A stretch of DNA of 64,000 nt, from assembly GCA_026387335.1 (NCBI GenBank), contig JAPLLX010000001.1:170620-234619 (forward strand). The letters are read 5' to 3'. The position numbers and the translations under genes are program-made. Numbering within the stretch: the first letter of the stretch is position 1; every line of letters begins with the position of its first letter. This document shows positions 1-9,919 of this stretch, piece by piece. Under the pieces are notes generated by a model that was not told where the DNA came from, did no database searches, and was given only the letters and a program-made list of their open reading frames with translations. Origin of the DNA: Candidatus Omnitrophota bacterium. GTDB taxonomy: Bacteria > Omnitrophota > Gorgyraeia > Gygaellales > Profunditerraquicolaceae.

Positions 1-678
1 GAAGATTTTCGCGGTAAGGACATTCTTGAATGTGGTTGCGGCGGAGGGCAACACACTTTTTTTATTGCCCCTTACGCCAGGAATATTACCGCTGTGGATT
101 TGAATACGGTTAATATAGCGAGAAAAAGGAACGCAGGCTTAGCTAATGTGAAATTCGTAGAAGCCGATATAATGAGTATGGATTTAGGAAGAACCTTTGA
201 TATTGTTTTTTCAATCGGCGTTGTACATCATACTGATAATCCCGACAAGGCTTTTGAAAACCTTAAAAAACACTTACGGCCTGGAGGGAAATTACTCTTA
301 TGGGTATATTCAGAAGAAGGAAATTTTCTGATTAAGTATATAGTGGAACCAATGAGGAAGTTGTTACTCCGCCGTATGAATAGAAATGCTCTTTTTCAAT
401 GTGCTAAGGTCTTGACATTTTTAATGTATCTTCCGGTATATTCGATATATCTGCTACCGTTAAAATTTTTTCCGTATTATGAATATTTCAAAAATTTTCG
501 AAAGCTTACGTTTTATAGGAATTGTCTTAATGTATTTGATAAATTGAACGCGCCGCAAGTCACTTTTATTAATAGAAAAAGGGTTGAGGGCTGGTTTAAT
601 TCGCGAGACTTTAAAAACACGCAGATAAGTAGTTATCGTGGCGTCAGTTGGCGGGCGTCAGGGATAAAAAATGGCTAA
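1..678 (+). CDS. class I SAM-dependent methyltransferase (5' end outside window)
   Basis: Frame 1 is open from nt 1 (EDFRGKDILECGCGGGQ... = motif I G-x-G-x-G). It continues into the listed ORF 94..678. Stop at 676-678. Confidence 0.7.
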   Translation, partial: EDFRGKDILECGCGGGQHTFFIAPYARNITAVDLNTVNIARKRNAGLANVKFVEADIMSMDLGRTFDIVFSIGVVHHTDNPDKAFENLKKHLRPGGKLLLWVYSEEGNFLIKYIVEPMRKLLLRRMNRNALFQCAKVLTFLMYLPVYSIYLLPLKFFPYYEYFKNFRKLTFYRNCLNVFDKLNAPQVTFINRKRVEGWFNSRDFKNTQISSYRGVSWRASGIKNG

Positions 679-2074
679 AATTTTACTTTTAAACCCTAAT
701 TATTATTACGATATTTTTAACCAGTCAAAAGTTCGCTCTGCGGTTTCTCGGGGCACTACTCCGTTGGGGTTGGTATGCATAGCCGCATCGTTAATAAAGG
801 ATGGCCATGGGGTCAGAATTTTAGACCTTAATCTTACGGATAATCCGGATGAATTTCTTCAGAGAGCGATTAAGGATGATAAACCTGATTTTGTGGGGAT
901 TACTTCTACGACGCCGTTAATTAAAAAAGCGTATCATTTATCCTCTTTGATAAAAGCGATAGACAAAAGTATTACCATTATTGTTGGCGGTGCGCATCCC
1001 TCCGCGCTCCCGGAAGACGTTTTGAAAGAAAGTAGTATTGATTGTGTTGTGCAAGGGGAAGGAGATTTCATATTTAGCTTAATTGTAAAAGAAGGCCTTT
1101 CTCGGAGCATCCCTAATATATTTTATAAAAATAATGGGATGATTGTTTCCTCCTGCATTCATAACGATATTATCAAAGATTTGGATCGGTTACCTTTTCC
1201 TGCCTATGAGCTATTGAATATAAATAGATACTATCAGCCGCGTATTTCAAGCCGAAGAGCGCCGCTTGGGTATCTTGAGACTTCCCGAGGCTGTTACGGT
1301 AAATGTATATTCTGCAATAAAAATATACACGGTTATCAAATGAGGATGAAATCTGTTTCGCGCGTGGTAGACGAAATGGACAGAATGCTTGGGCTCGGCT
1401 TTAGGGAAATACAAATTATTGATGACCTTTTTACCGCAGATATGAATAGGGCATATGCTATTTGCGAGGAGATAATGCGGCGCAATCTAAAATTCCCATG
1501 GTATCCGCGAGGAGGAATTCGGGTGGATAGGGTTAATGAAAAGCTGTTGAAAATTATGAAGCGCGCTGGTTGTTACCGTATTCCTTTTGGTATAGAGTCA
1601 GGTAGCCAGAGAATCATTGATATTGTCGGTAAGAAGATTTCCCTTGAGCAAGCTCAAAGAGCGGTTACTTTGGCTAAGAAAGCCGGGCTTGAAACAGAAT
1701 GTTACTTTATGTTGGGGCTTCCCGGCGAATGCGAAGATGACTTGAAGAAGACTATAGAGTTTTCCGTTAAGCTTAATCCGGACTACGTAAAATTTGCCAT
1801 AACAATACCATTACCCGGAACTCGGATGTTTGATGATATGTCTAGCCGTGGGCAAATCAAGACAAAGGATTGGGATAAGTACAATTTCTCGGTTTCTCCG
1901 AAAGAGCTTTATGAACACGATAGTCTTTCTTGGAAAACAATAGATAAATACTATAATATCTCGCACCGAAAATTTTACTTTCGTCTAAGCTATTTATTAA
2001 AAATGTTTTTCAAAACATTAGCAAATGGTACGCTGTTATCACATGCGAGGGCATTTTTACAGACAGATTGGTAA
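671..2074 (+). CDS. cobalamin (B12)-binding radical SAM protein (class B radical SAM, putative methylase)
   Basis: N-terminal B12-binding-like region followed by CxxxCxxC (SRGCYGKCIFC). ATG at 671 overlaps the upstream stop by 8 nt. Confidence 0.75.
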   Translation: MAKILLLNPNYYYDIFNQSKVRSAVSRGTTPLGLVCIAASLIKDGHGVRILDLNLTDNPDEFLQRAIKDDKPDFVGITSTTPLIKKAYHLSSLIKAIDKSITIIVGGAHPSALPEDVLKESSIDCVVQGEGDFIFSLIVKEGLSRSIPNIFYKNNGMIVSSCIHNDIIKDLDRLPFPAYELLNINRYYQPRISSRRAPLGYLETSRGCYGKCIFCNKNIHGYQMRMKSVSRVVDEMDRMLGLGFREIQIIDDLFTADMNRAYAICEEIMRRNLKFPWYPRGGIRVDRVNEKLLKIMKRAGCYRIPFGIESGSQRIIDIVGKKISLEQAQRAVTLAKKAGLETECYFMLGLPGECEDDLKKTIEFSVKLNPDYVKFAITIPLPGTRMFDDMSSRGQIKTKDWDKYNFSVSPKELYEHDSLSWKTIDKYYNISHRKFYFRLSYLLKMFFKTLANGTLLSHARAFLQTDW

Positions 2075-2100
2075 ATAATCCTAACTTAAGGAGGTTTTTG

Positions 2101-2973
2101 ATGCTTAGCGTGATCATCCCCGTATATAATGAAGAAAAAGCAGTAGTAAAGATTTTACATGAGCTCCAAGTTTTTTTGGATGAAGAATTTAAGGAATACG
2201 AAATCATTGTAGTCGATGATGGCTCGACTGATACAACGGGTGAAAAGATTAGGAATGTGAAAATTAAGGGTCTTTCCTTTATTACTCATGTTGAAAATGC
2301 AGGGTATGGCAAGTCTTTGTTAGAAGGTATACTAGTGGCAAAATACAATTGTATTGCGATTATTGACGGAGATGGTTCTTATAATGTAAAAGATTTAAAA
2401 AAGCTTTGTAATTTTTTCCCTCAATACGATATGGTTGTGGGGGAGCGTCAGGGCCAGGAATATCGGCGAGGCGTATGGAAGCGGCCTGCGCGAATGCTTT
2501 TTAAAATGCTGGCCGAATACGCTTCGGGACGCAGCATCCCGGATGTGAATTCAGGGTTACGTATTTTTAAAAAGGATATTGCTTTAAGCTTTCAGGATTC
2601 TTTATGTACAGGATTTTCTTTTACAACCACCTTAACACTGATTTTCTTACTAAATCACTATTTTGTGAAGTATGTTCCAATCCAGTATGCAAAGCGAGAA
2701 GGTAAGACAAAAGTGAAGCATGTTCGTGATACTCTACGCGCAGGCCAGATCATTATCGAAGCAGTTCTTTATTACAATCCTCTAAAACTTTTTTTACTTA
2801 TTGCTTTTTGTAATGCTATTTTTGGTATCGTTGTTGGGGTAATAAATAATATGTTTTTTAAACTTGATTTTCTTTCAGTGGCTGCGGCTCTCTGTATAGC
2901 AAGTTTTATTCCAGTCTTTTGTATTGGGTTCATTGCAGACCAGCTTAGGAAGATATATAATGTTAATAAGTGA
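2101..2973 (+). CDS. glycosyltransferase family 2
   Basis: LSVIIPVYNEE ... VVDDGSTD ... DGDG motifs. ATG 2101 is preceded by AAGGAGG, so it is preferred over the ORF-track start 2068. Confidence 0.75.
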   Translation: MLSVIIPVYNEEKAVVKILHELQVFLDEEFKEYEIIVVDDGSTDTTGEKIRNVKIKGLSFITHVENAGYGKSLLEGILVAKYNCIAIIDGDGSYNVKDLKKLCNFFPQYDMVVGERQGQEYRRGVWKRPARMLFKMLAEYASGRSIPDVNSGLRIFKKDIALSFQDSLCTGFSFTTTLTLIFLLNHYFVKYVPIQYAKREGKTKVKHVRDTLRAGQIIIEAVLYYNPLKLFLLIAFCNAIFGIVVGVINNMFFKLDFLSVAAALCIASFIPVFCIGFIADQLRKIYNVNK

Positions 2974-3023
2974 CAGAAGTAGCATACCTAAAAGCAGGTA
3001 ATAATAAGAGAAGGGGAGGGGTA

Positions 3024-4076
3024 ATGAATAAGAAGGTAATTCCAATTATTGTCTTTTTAATCTGTGTATATGCTTTATTTCTTAGGTTAGGTAATATTTC
3101 TAACTTTCCATTTTGGGCTGATGAAATATACGGATTAAACCAAATGAAAGGCTCCTTTATTAACTTAGTAATGTCAGCACCAAATAATGAAATCGGTTCT
3201 TATTTGTTAGGAGACCACTATTTAATATATCCGTTTTTTAAGGTTTTTGGTTACAACAGAGTTGGATTAGCGTTTCCGCATATTCTTGCAACTATTTTAG
3301 GGTTTTTTATCCTGTATCTTATATGCAGATTGTATTTTAAAACCATATGGGGATATTTAGTAGCTTTTATTATAGTTTGTTTTAATCAAACTCTAATCTA
3401 CCATTCCATAGAAATCAGGCCATATGCCGTAATTCCTACGTTGGCATTAGGGGTTTTTTATTTTACCCACATTTTATTAAAAGAAGGGGCACCGATAGCT
3501 GCTTATAAAAAATGGCTGATTGGAATTTTCTTCATTATTACAATATTATTCCATGTTTATGGCATATTGATTGTTTCTCTTCCAATATTGTTTTTATTAT
3601 TTTCAAATGCAAAAATGAATAATTTTATTATAATTGCCCGGAAGTTATTTTGTTTTTTATTTATTATATTTTGCATAACTCTTCCTGTATGGTGTATTAG
3701 TGTTTTTGGCAAACATTGGATCCATCCAGAACTTCCAGTTTTTGAATATATACCAGATCCACTTTTAAACGTAGTGGGTTTCCTAAAAGGTATCTTTGGA
3801 AATTTAATAGGGAGTAAAGGATTATATTTTCTTTTAGCAGGAGTTTTATTCCCCTTTATTTTTTCTTTCCCGGAAAGGACAAAACAGATTAAGTTTTTAT
3901 TAATAATGGTAATTTTACCTATAGGGCTTATTCTTTCACAGGACATAAGAGAAAAATATTGGTTTTTGCAACGTCAGTTTATTTGGGTTATGCCTTATTT
4001 TGCTTTTTTCTTGGGCTGGGTGTGGGATTCTATGGCGCAGTTATTTATAAAAAATTTACCAACAAGAAGGGGGTAA
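3024..4076 (+). CDS. polytopic membrane protein, GT-C-like (ArnT/PMT-type) glycosyltransferase candidate
   Basis: Many hydrophobic helices. ATG 3024 is preceded by GGGGAGGGG. The extracytoplasmic-loop motif WADEIYG resembles GT-C proteins. Confidence 0.55.
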   Translation: MNKKVIPIIVFLICVYALFLRLGNISNFPFWADEIYGLNQMKGSFINLVMSAPNNEIGSYLLGDHYLIYPFFKVFGYNRVGLAFPHILATILGFFILYLICRLYFKTIWGYLVAFIIVCFNQTLIYHSIEIRPYAVIPTLALGVFYFTHILLKEGAPIAAYKKWLIGIFFIITILFHVYGILIVSLPILFLLFSNAKMNNFIIIARKLFCFLFIIFCITLPVWCISVFGKHWIHPELPVFEYIPDPLLNVVGFLKGIFGNLIGSKGLYFLLAGVLFPFIFSFPERTKQIKFLLIMVILPIGLILSQDIREKYWFLQRQFIWVMPYFAFFLGWVWDSMAQLFIKNLPTRRG

Positions 4077-4120
4077 TTTTCCCCCGAAAAAGTGTATACG
4101 GCGAAGAGCTAAGGGAAGGC

Positions 4121-4912
4121 ATGACGCAAAAGGAAGTGTTTGAAAAGATATATAGTGAAGAACGACTTGATCATTTCAGTTTTCATGATAGCAAGGATCC
4201 ACTTACCAGATACCTTCGCGATAGAAGATTGAATATTGCTTTAAGTGAGATTAAAAAAAATGCCAAGGATTTCAATTGCGATTGGAAAATTCTAACGGTC
4301 TGTGATGGCGTGGGAGGAGAAGGGACTTTTTTTGCGAATTTAGGGTTCAATTCAGTAACTGTTTCTGACATTTCTCAAAATGCTTTGAATTATTGCGTAA
4401 AACGCGACCCTCGATTAAAGACTTTATTATTAAATGCAGAAGATACGGAATTAACCGAAGCAACATTTGATTTAGTTGTAGTGCAAGATGGGCTTCACCA
4501 TTTAAAAAGGCCATTTTTAGGATATACGGAGATGCTCAGGATCGCAAGGAAAGCGGTCATTGTTATTGAACCGCATACTGGTGTTGTAGCTCGAATTTTT
4601 GGGACGGTTTGGGAGAAGCATTATGGTGAAGTGAATTACGTTTTTCGTTGGAACTACTTTATTTTGAGGCAAATCACAAATAGTTATTTGTTAAAATCGG
4701 ATTTTTCTATCAAATTTATTCGCCTATGGGATCATAACTTAGTTATGGGAAAAATAGCGAAAATTTTTGGAGGAGGGAAAGCGGGGTTATTTATTGTTAA
4801 GATCGTTTATTCTATTTTAAATTCTATTTTCTCAGGGTTTGGCAATATGATGATAGGGATTGTAATCAAAGAAAACAGTGTGATAAAAGAGATTATTAAT
4901 GAAAATAGATAA
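4121..4912 (+). CDS. class I SAM-dependent methyltransferase
   Basis: DGVGGEGTFFANLGF (motif I). ATG 4121 is preceded by AGGGAAGG. The upstream extension to 3959 overlaps the preceding gene and was rejected. Confidence 0.65.
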   Translation: MTQKEVFEKIYSEERLDHFSFHDSKDPLTRYLRDRRLNIALSEIKKNAKDFNCDWKILTVCDGVGGEGTFFANLGFNSVTVSDISQNALNYCVKRDPRLKTLLLNAEDTELTEATFDLVVVQDGLHHLKRPFLGYTEMLRIARKAVIVIEPHTGVVARIFGTVWEKHYGEVNYVFRWNYFILRQITNSYLLKSDFSIKFIRLWDHNLVMGKIAKIFGGGKAGLFIVKIVYSILNSIFSGFGNMMIGIVIKENSVIKEIINENR

Positions 4913-6359
4913 AATTTTGCTAATTGTGCCTCCGGCATTAACTTTTAAAGTTTATCGGGATATAAGCCCTATGCCGCCAATGGGGCTTGGTTATCTTGCT
5001 TCGGTAATAGAAAATATGGGGATAGAAGTAAGGATCTTGGATTGTTTAATATCGGATTGGAATAAAGAAGAAGCTGTTAATGGGGATTTGATTCAGGTAG
5101 GTTTATCGGAGAAAGAAATAGCTGAGCGAATTTTAGATTTTAATCCAGATTTGATCGGATTAAACTGTCAATTTTCCAGGCAGCATAGAACGTATAGTAA
5201 AGTATTCTCTTTAATAAAAAAAATTAGCCCTAAATGCGTAATCGTCGCGGGAGGAGCGCATACAACGGTATGCCCGAAAGAGGTACTAAGCGAACAGGAT
5301 TGTGATTATGTAATTATTGGAGAAGCCGAGAATTCTTTTAAGGAGTTAATAGAGTACTTAAAATTAGATAAGGATATAGGCACGATTGATGGCTTGGGAT
5401 GGAAACAAGATAGAAAACTAAATATTAACCTAAAGAATAAATGGATTTCTGATCTGGACACCTTACCTTTTCCGGCGTATCATCTCATGGATTTAGAAAA
5501 ATATTTTAAGCTTGAATTATCCCATGGGTTCCGTCATAGAGAAAAATTCAGCCCTATAATTACATCCAGAGGCTGTATTGCCAAATGCACATTTTGCAGC
5601 GCAAATAAAGTTTGGGGTAATAAATACAGGACCAGGTCAATAGATAACGTTATTAAAGAGATGAGGTTATTGAAAGATAAGTACGGAATCCAGGAGTTAA
5701 TGTTTGAGGACGATAATGTTACAGCCGACCCTAAAAGAGCAAAAGAACTATTTTCCAGAATGGTTGAGGAAGAACTAGATTTTATTTGGGATACTCCCAA
5801 TGGTGTAGGGATATGGTCAATGGATGAAGAGATGTTGGATTTAATGAAACAATCGGGCTGTGTTAACGTTAATTTCCCGGTTGAAAGCGGTTCTCAGAGA
5901 GTCTTAACCGAGGTAATTAGGAAACCATTGAAACTTACTAAGGTCAGGAAATTAACTGACTATTGCAGGAAAATAAAGCTAGGTTACGGGATGTTCTTTG
6001 TTGTCGGGCTACCGGGAGAAACCAAAAAAGATATTTGGCGTTCATTTCGGTTTGCTGTTTCTTGTAAAGTTCGTGCGCCGTTTTTTTCCGTTGCAACTCC
6101 TTATCCGGGCACAGCCCTCTTTGAACAATGCAAAAACGATTCGCTTTTTAGCAGAGAATTTTCATTTGATGATCTTTTTATAAGGAGTTATTTAATTAAG
6201 ACAAAAGAGTGGGACGGGGATGAATTAAAAAAAATATTACGAAAGGGGTTATTTTACTTAAAAATAAGTAAATTAATTTATGATCCAATTGGATTTTTAA
6301 AATTAGCTTTTAAAAAGCTTAAAAGAATTACTAAAACATATTTTTTAAAAACGACTTAA
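4899..6359 (+). CDS. cobalamin-binding radical SAM protein (second paralog)
   Basis: SRGCIAKCTFCS CxxxCxxC motif. Architecture is similar to 671..2074. Confidence 0.75.
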   Translation: MKIDKILLIVPPALTFKVYRDISPMPPMGLGYLASVIENMGIEVRILDCLISDWNKEEAVNGDLIQVGLSEKEIAERILDFNPDLIGLNCQFSRQHRTYSKVFSLIKKISPKCVIVAGGAHTTVCPKEVLSEQDCDYVIIGEAENSFKELIEYLKLDKDIGTIDGLGWKQDRKLNINLKNKWISDLDTLPFPAYHLMDLEKYFKLELSHGFRHREKFSPIITSRGCIAKCTFCSANKVWGNKYRTRSIDNVIKEMRLLKDKYGIQELMFEDDNVTADPKRAKELFSRMVEEELDFIWDTPNGVGIWSMDEEMLDLMKQSGCVNVNFPVESGSQRVLTEVIRKPLKLTKVRKLTDYCRKIKLGYGMFFVVGLPGETKKDIWRSFRFAVSCKVRAPFFSVATPYPGTALFEQCKNDSLFSREFSFDDLFIRSYLIKTKEWDGDELKKILRKGLFYLKISKLIYDPIGFLKLAFKKLKRITKTYFLKTT

Positions 6360-6361
6360 TA

Positions 6362-7594
6362 ATGGACCAACTTCTTCAAGAAATGGATTCAGGGAAGAGC
6401 AAGTATTGGCCATATATAGACAAAATATTGATTTCGTTCTTTCTGATAACTTATCTGTTTATCGTTGCAACATTCTTTCTGGGAAAGATGTTTGATTCTT
6501 TTTATAAGCCGTTTTGGACAGATGAAATTGTCGGACTAGGTACAGCTAGAGCTTATAGCTATATCCATATGTTGTTTAAGGGAGCATCTGGACAAGCCAG
6601 TCCAGCTCCTTTAGATTTTTTTGTGTGTAAAATACTGGACCAAATTAAGGAAAAGATCTCTTATTTTGGTTTTACTCCGGAAGTTTATTTTCGTTTATTT
6701 GCTAATGGAATTACAGCACTCAGTGTATTAGTAATAATGTTTGTGTTTAAAAACGAAATAGAAAATAACAAAAGTAATATTGCCCTTAAAGCAACGCAAT
6801 TATTTTTACTTTTATGCCTACCAATCGCTTATTTATTCCAACGGCAGGTTTATTACTATGCCGCTGAGACGAGGCCGTATGCTTTATGGAACTCACTTTT
6901 TATGATTGCGTTAGCTGTCAGTTTGCTGGAGGGAAAAAATAAAAAGTTTTTCTTTTTTTCATTAGTATTGCTTGCTTTTTCAGCTACGGCAGTAATTTTT
7001 CAGATCATCGCTGTAGCAGTTGCTTATTTTATAGCACAGCTAATAAATGAAGACAATTTTAAAAATATTTTCAAGAACGAAATTAAATTGTTAGCAGTGC
7101 CTTTTTTTATTGTTCTATATTATTGCTTGCAGGTCGAAAGTAGCAATGTGGTTTCTGTGGGTGGTACGTTCGGTGATTTTATAGAATTATGGAAGCACAA
7201 AGCAGTGACGATCCCTATTATGTTTTCAGCAATCGCCGTATGTTACCTGAAGAAGGAAAATAGAAAATATGCGCTAGCTGCGTTAACTTTTCTTATCCTT
7301 TTTCTAATGGGGCCGTTAATATTCTTGTTTACTCGGTTGAAAGGTTATTTTTACGCTGAAAGGCAGTTTATCTACTATGAATTAACAACAGCCGTTTTTA
7401 TCCTGACATTAATAAAATGCATCCCTGCTTACATAAAAAATGTTAAGTCAAGGTTCAGGGTGAATATTATTCTGATTATTTTTTGTTTAATCGGCGCTTC
7501 TTTTACTTTTAGGCCAAAACTAATTAAAAAATTTAATAGAACAGAGGCCAATGCGCTAAAGGTATTATTCACTGATTTTACTAATTCTAAATAA
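6362..7594 (+). CDS. polytopic membrane protein, GT-C-like
   Basis: At least 10 predicted TM helices. WTDEIVG motif is similar to 3024..4076. Confidence 0.5.
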   Translation: MDQLLQEMDSGKSKYWPYIDKILISFFLITYLFIVATFFLGKMFDSFYKPFWTDEIVGLGTARAYSYIHMLFKGASGQASPAPLDFFVCKILDQIKEKISYFGFTPEVYFRLFANGITALSVLVIMFVFKNEIENNKSNIALKATQLFLLLCLPIAYLFQRQVYYYAAETRPYALWNSLFMIALAVSLLEGKNKKFFFFSLVLLAFSATAVIFQIIAVAVAYFIAQLINEDNFKNIFKNEIKLLAVPFFIVLYYCLQVESSNVVSVGGTFGDFIELWKHKAVTIPIMFSAIAVCYLKKENRKYALAALTFLILFLMGPLIFLFTRLKGYFYAERQFIYYELTTAVFILTLIKCIPAYIKNVKSRFRVNIILIIFCLIGASFTFRPKLIKKFNRTEANALKVLFTDFTNSK

Positions 7595-7708
7595 AATTTT
7601 ATTAAGGAGAAGTCGTTGCGCTACAGGCCTTATCCGTTTTTCTGTCCTGCGCTGCCTGTTCGATAAGCTACGTAAGGCAGAACAAATATCCTCGTTAAGC
7701 TTAATAAG

Positions 7709-8503
7709 ATGAATTGTAATTATCCTAAGAACATATCTTCAATAATGATTTTGGGGACACGGGTTGATGCTGTCCAAATTCCATATATCATTCAATATAT
7801 GGAAGACTGTATCGCTAAAAATATTCATCATAATTATATTATTGTCGCTAATGTCGATACTATAATGCAAAGTAAGCATAATCCCAAAATACAGGAGGCG
7901 GTCAATGCGAGCAGCTTATCAATTCCGGATGGGTTTCCTTTACTAATTATGCAGAGATTACATGGTAATCCACTAAAAAAAAGGGCGTACGGCCCGGATT
8001 TAATGAATGGGTTTCTGAAAATAACTGGAGAAAAAAAATATTCGCATTTCTTCTATGGCGCCACTGAGGACACGCTGGATAATTTAACTAAAAAATTGAA
8101 GGTTTTATTTCCTGGAATAAGGATAGCGGGCGCGTATTCGCCGCCTTTTAGACCACTTACTTTAGATGAGGATGCGAAGATCGTAGAGATGATTAATAAG
8201 GCTGCTCCCAGCGTGTTATGGGTGGGGATAGGTTGTCCTAAACAAGAGCTGTGGATGTATGAACACAGGGAACAACTGAGCGTTCCTGTTATGCTTGGAG
8301 TAGGCGCAGCTTTTGATTTTTTGGCAGGAGTTAAGCCGCAAGCTCCGCGTTGGATAAGGGATAATGGTTTTGAGTGGTTTTTTAGGCTTATTACGGAACC
8401 TAAACGTTTATGGCGCAGGTATTTAATGAATTACCCGCTCTTTGTTTATCATGTGTTAGTAGAATTAGTCTCCAAGCCTATAAAATCATTATTAAATAAG
8501 TAA
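7709..8503 (+). CDS. WecB/TagA/CpsF family glycosyltransferase (GT26)
   Basis: N-terminal ILGTRVDAV and overall WecG/TagA-like sequence. Confidence 0.75.
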   Translation: MNCNYPKNISSIMILGTRVDAVQIPYIIQYMEDCIAKNIHHNYIIVANVDTIMQSKHNPKIQEAVNASSLSIPDGFPLLIMQRLHGNPLKKRAYGPDLMNGFLKITGEKKYSHFFYGATEDTLDNLTKKLKVLFPGIRIAGAYSPPFRPLTLDEDAKIVEMINKAAPSVLWVGIGCPKQELWMYEHREQLSVPVMLGVGAAFDFLAGVKPQAPRWIRDNGFEWFFRLITEPKRLWRRYLMNYPLFVYHVLVELVSKPIKSLLNK

Positions 8504-8524
8504 AATTGTGATAAAATAAAGGTT

Positions 8525-9919
8525 ATGCATAAACTAAACAAGCGGGTTCGTATTGCTTATTTTTTTGTAGATATCGCGTTTATAATCATTTCATTTTATG
8601 AGGTATTCAAGCTTAACTTTGGTTTAATTCAATTTAATCCGGAGGATATCAAGTTATATCTGTCAGTTTACTTCTTTTGGGGCGTTGTTCTGGTTTTTTT
8701 ATTACATAACGCTTATCTTCACCATACCAATCGTTATCTAAGTGTCTCAGGAGAATGGTTGAAGGTAGGTAGATGTGTTTTATTGGCTTCTATTTTAACC
8801 GCATTGTTTATCTTTGTCCTTAAGTTAGATATTTTCTCACGCGCGGTTTTTATAGAATCAAGCTTTGCGTTATTATTAAGCCTTTCTGCTTGGAGAACGA
8901 TAAAACGGCTCTGTGTCCGTTATTTAATCCGAAAGGGATATGCTAATTATAATATTTTGATAATAGGCGCCGGAAATGCGGGTTTAGCGCTTGCGGATGA
9001 AACTAAAGCCTTTCCTTACTTAGGGATAAAGGCAGTCGGATTTCTGGATGATGTAAGGGTGGGTGAAAGAAACGGAATTAAGATTTTAGGCAAAATTAAC
9101 GATATTGAACAGGTTGTGAAAAATTATTTTATTGATGAAATTTACGTTACTATTCCTTCTGAGCGTAGAATTTCCGGAGAGATAATCCAAAAAGGTACAA
9201 AATTAGGCAAAACGGTGAGGGTTGCTGCCGAGCATTTTGGTCTACCATACAGCCAAGTAAGGCTAAATTATATCGGTGCTATCCCTTTATTGACTTATTT
9301 TGAGGAAAGTGGATACAGGACAAGAAACATGGTTAAGAGATTGTTGGATATTTTTATCTCCGTTTCAATTTTGGTATTATTTCTGCCTTTATTTGTATTA
9401 ATTGCCTGTTTAATTAAAATAGAAAGCTACGGACCAGTATTTTATATCTCAAAACGAAGTGGAAGAAAAGGGGTAATTTTTGATTTTTATAAGTTCCGTT
9501 CCATGATTAAGGGAGCGGATAGTCATAAGGAATCCTTAAAGAGTAAATCTGAAGTAGAGGGACCGATTTTTAAAATCCGTAACGACCCTCGTTTGACTAA
9601 AGCGGGTAGATTTTTACGTAAATACAGCTTAGATGAATTGCCCCAGTTAATAAATGTTTTAAAAGGCGACATGAGTTTGGTTGGTCCCCGTCCTTTTCCC
9701 GTTGAAGAAAGCAATAATATAGAATATAAGCATATACCGCGATTGAATATCCGGCCGGGGATTACAGGTTTAGCGCAAATAAAAGGCAGGTCGGATTTAA
9801 AATTCAGCCAGTGGATGCGTTGGGATATTTGGTATGTTAAGAATTGGTCTTTAGGTTTAGACATAAAGATACTTTTTTGGACCATCCCGGTAGTCTTTAA
9901 GGGGAAGGGAGCGTATTAA
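8525..9919 (+). CDS. polyprenyl-phosphate hexose-1-phosphate transferase (WbaP/exopolysaccharide sugar transferase family)
   Basis: N-terminal TM helices and a C-terminal catalytic domain carrying the signature DELPQLINVLKGDMSLVGPRP. Confidence 0.85.
   Translation: MHKLNKRVRIAYFFVDIAFIIISFYEVFKLNFGLIQFNPEDIKLYLSVYFFWGVVLVFLLHNAYLHHTNRYLSVSGEWLKVGRCVLLASILTALFIFVLKLDIFSRAVFIESSFALLLSLSAWRTIKRLCVRYLIRKGYANYNILIIGAGNAGLALADETKAFPYLGIKAVGFLDDVRVGERNGIKILGKINDIEQVVKNYFIDEIYVTIPSERRISGEIIQKGTKLGKTVRVAAEHFGLPYSQVRLNYIGAIPLLTYFEESGYRTRNMVKRLLDIFISVSILVLFLPLFVLIACLIKIESYGPVFYISKRSGRKGVIFDFYKFRSMIKGADSHKESLKSKSEVEGPIFKIRNDPRLTKAGRFLRKYSLDELPQLINVLKGDMSLVGPRPFPVEESNNIEYKHIPRLNIRPGITGLAQIKGRSDLKFSQWMRWDIWYVKNWSLGLDIKILFWTIPVVFKGKGAY

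Noticed and set aside
2970-3023. Upstream extensions of ORF-track starts (2970, 3959, 2068, 21384, 31931, 39136, 57844, 54435)
   Set aside because: The extensions overlap upstream genes or lack an RBS. Internal ATGs with good SD sequences (3024, 4121, 2101, 21390, 31952, 39157, 57934, 54450) were preferred.
4253-4260. A8 homopolymer tracts inside coding regions (also at 6230, 7977, 8033)
   Set aside because: Poly-A runs are frequent in low-GC Lys-rich coding sequence. There is no evidence for contingency-locus behaviour from sequence alone, unlike the 7-mer repeat in manC.
7612-7662. Tiny TTG-initiated ORF after an AGGAG in the 7595-7708 intergenic region
   Set aside because: It is 16 codons with an atypical start and no conservation signal. 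The AGGAG is more likely incidental, and the wecG-like gene starts at 7709.
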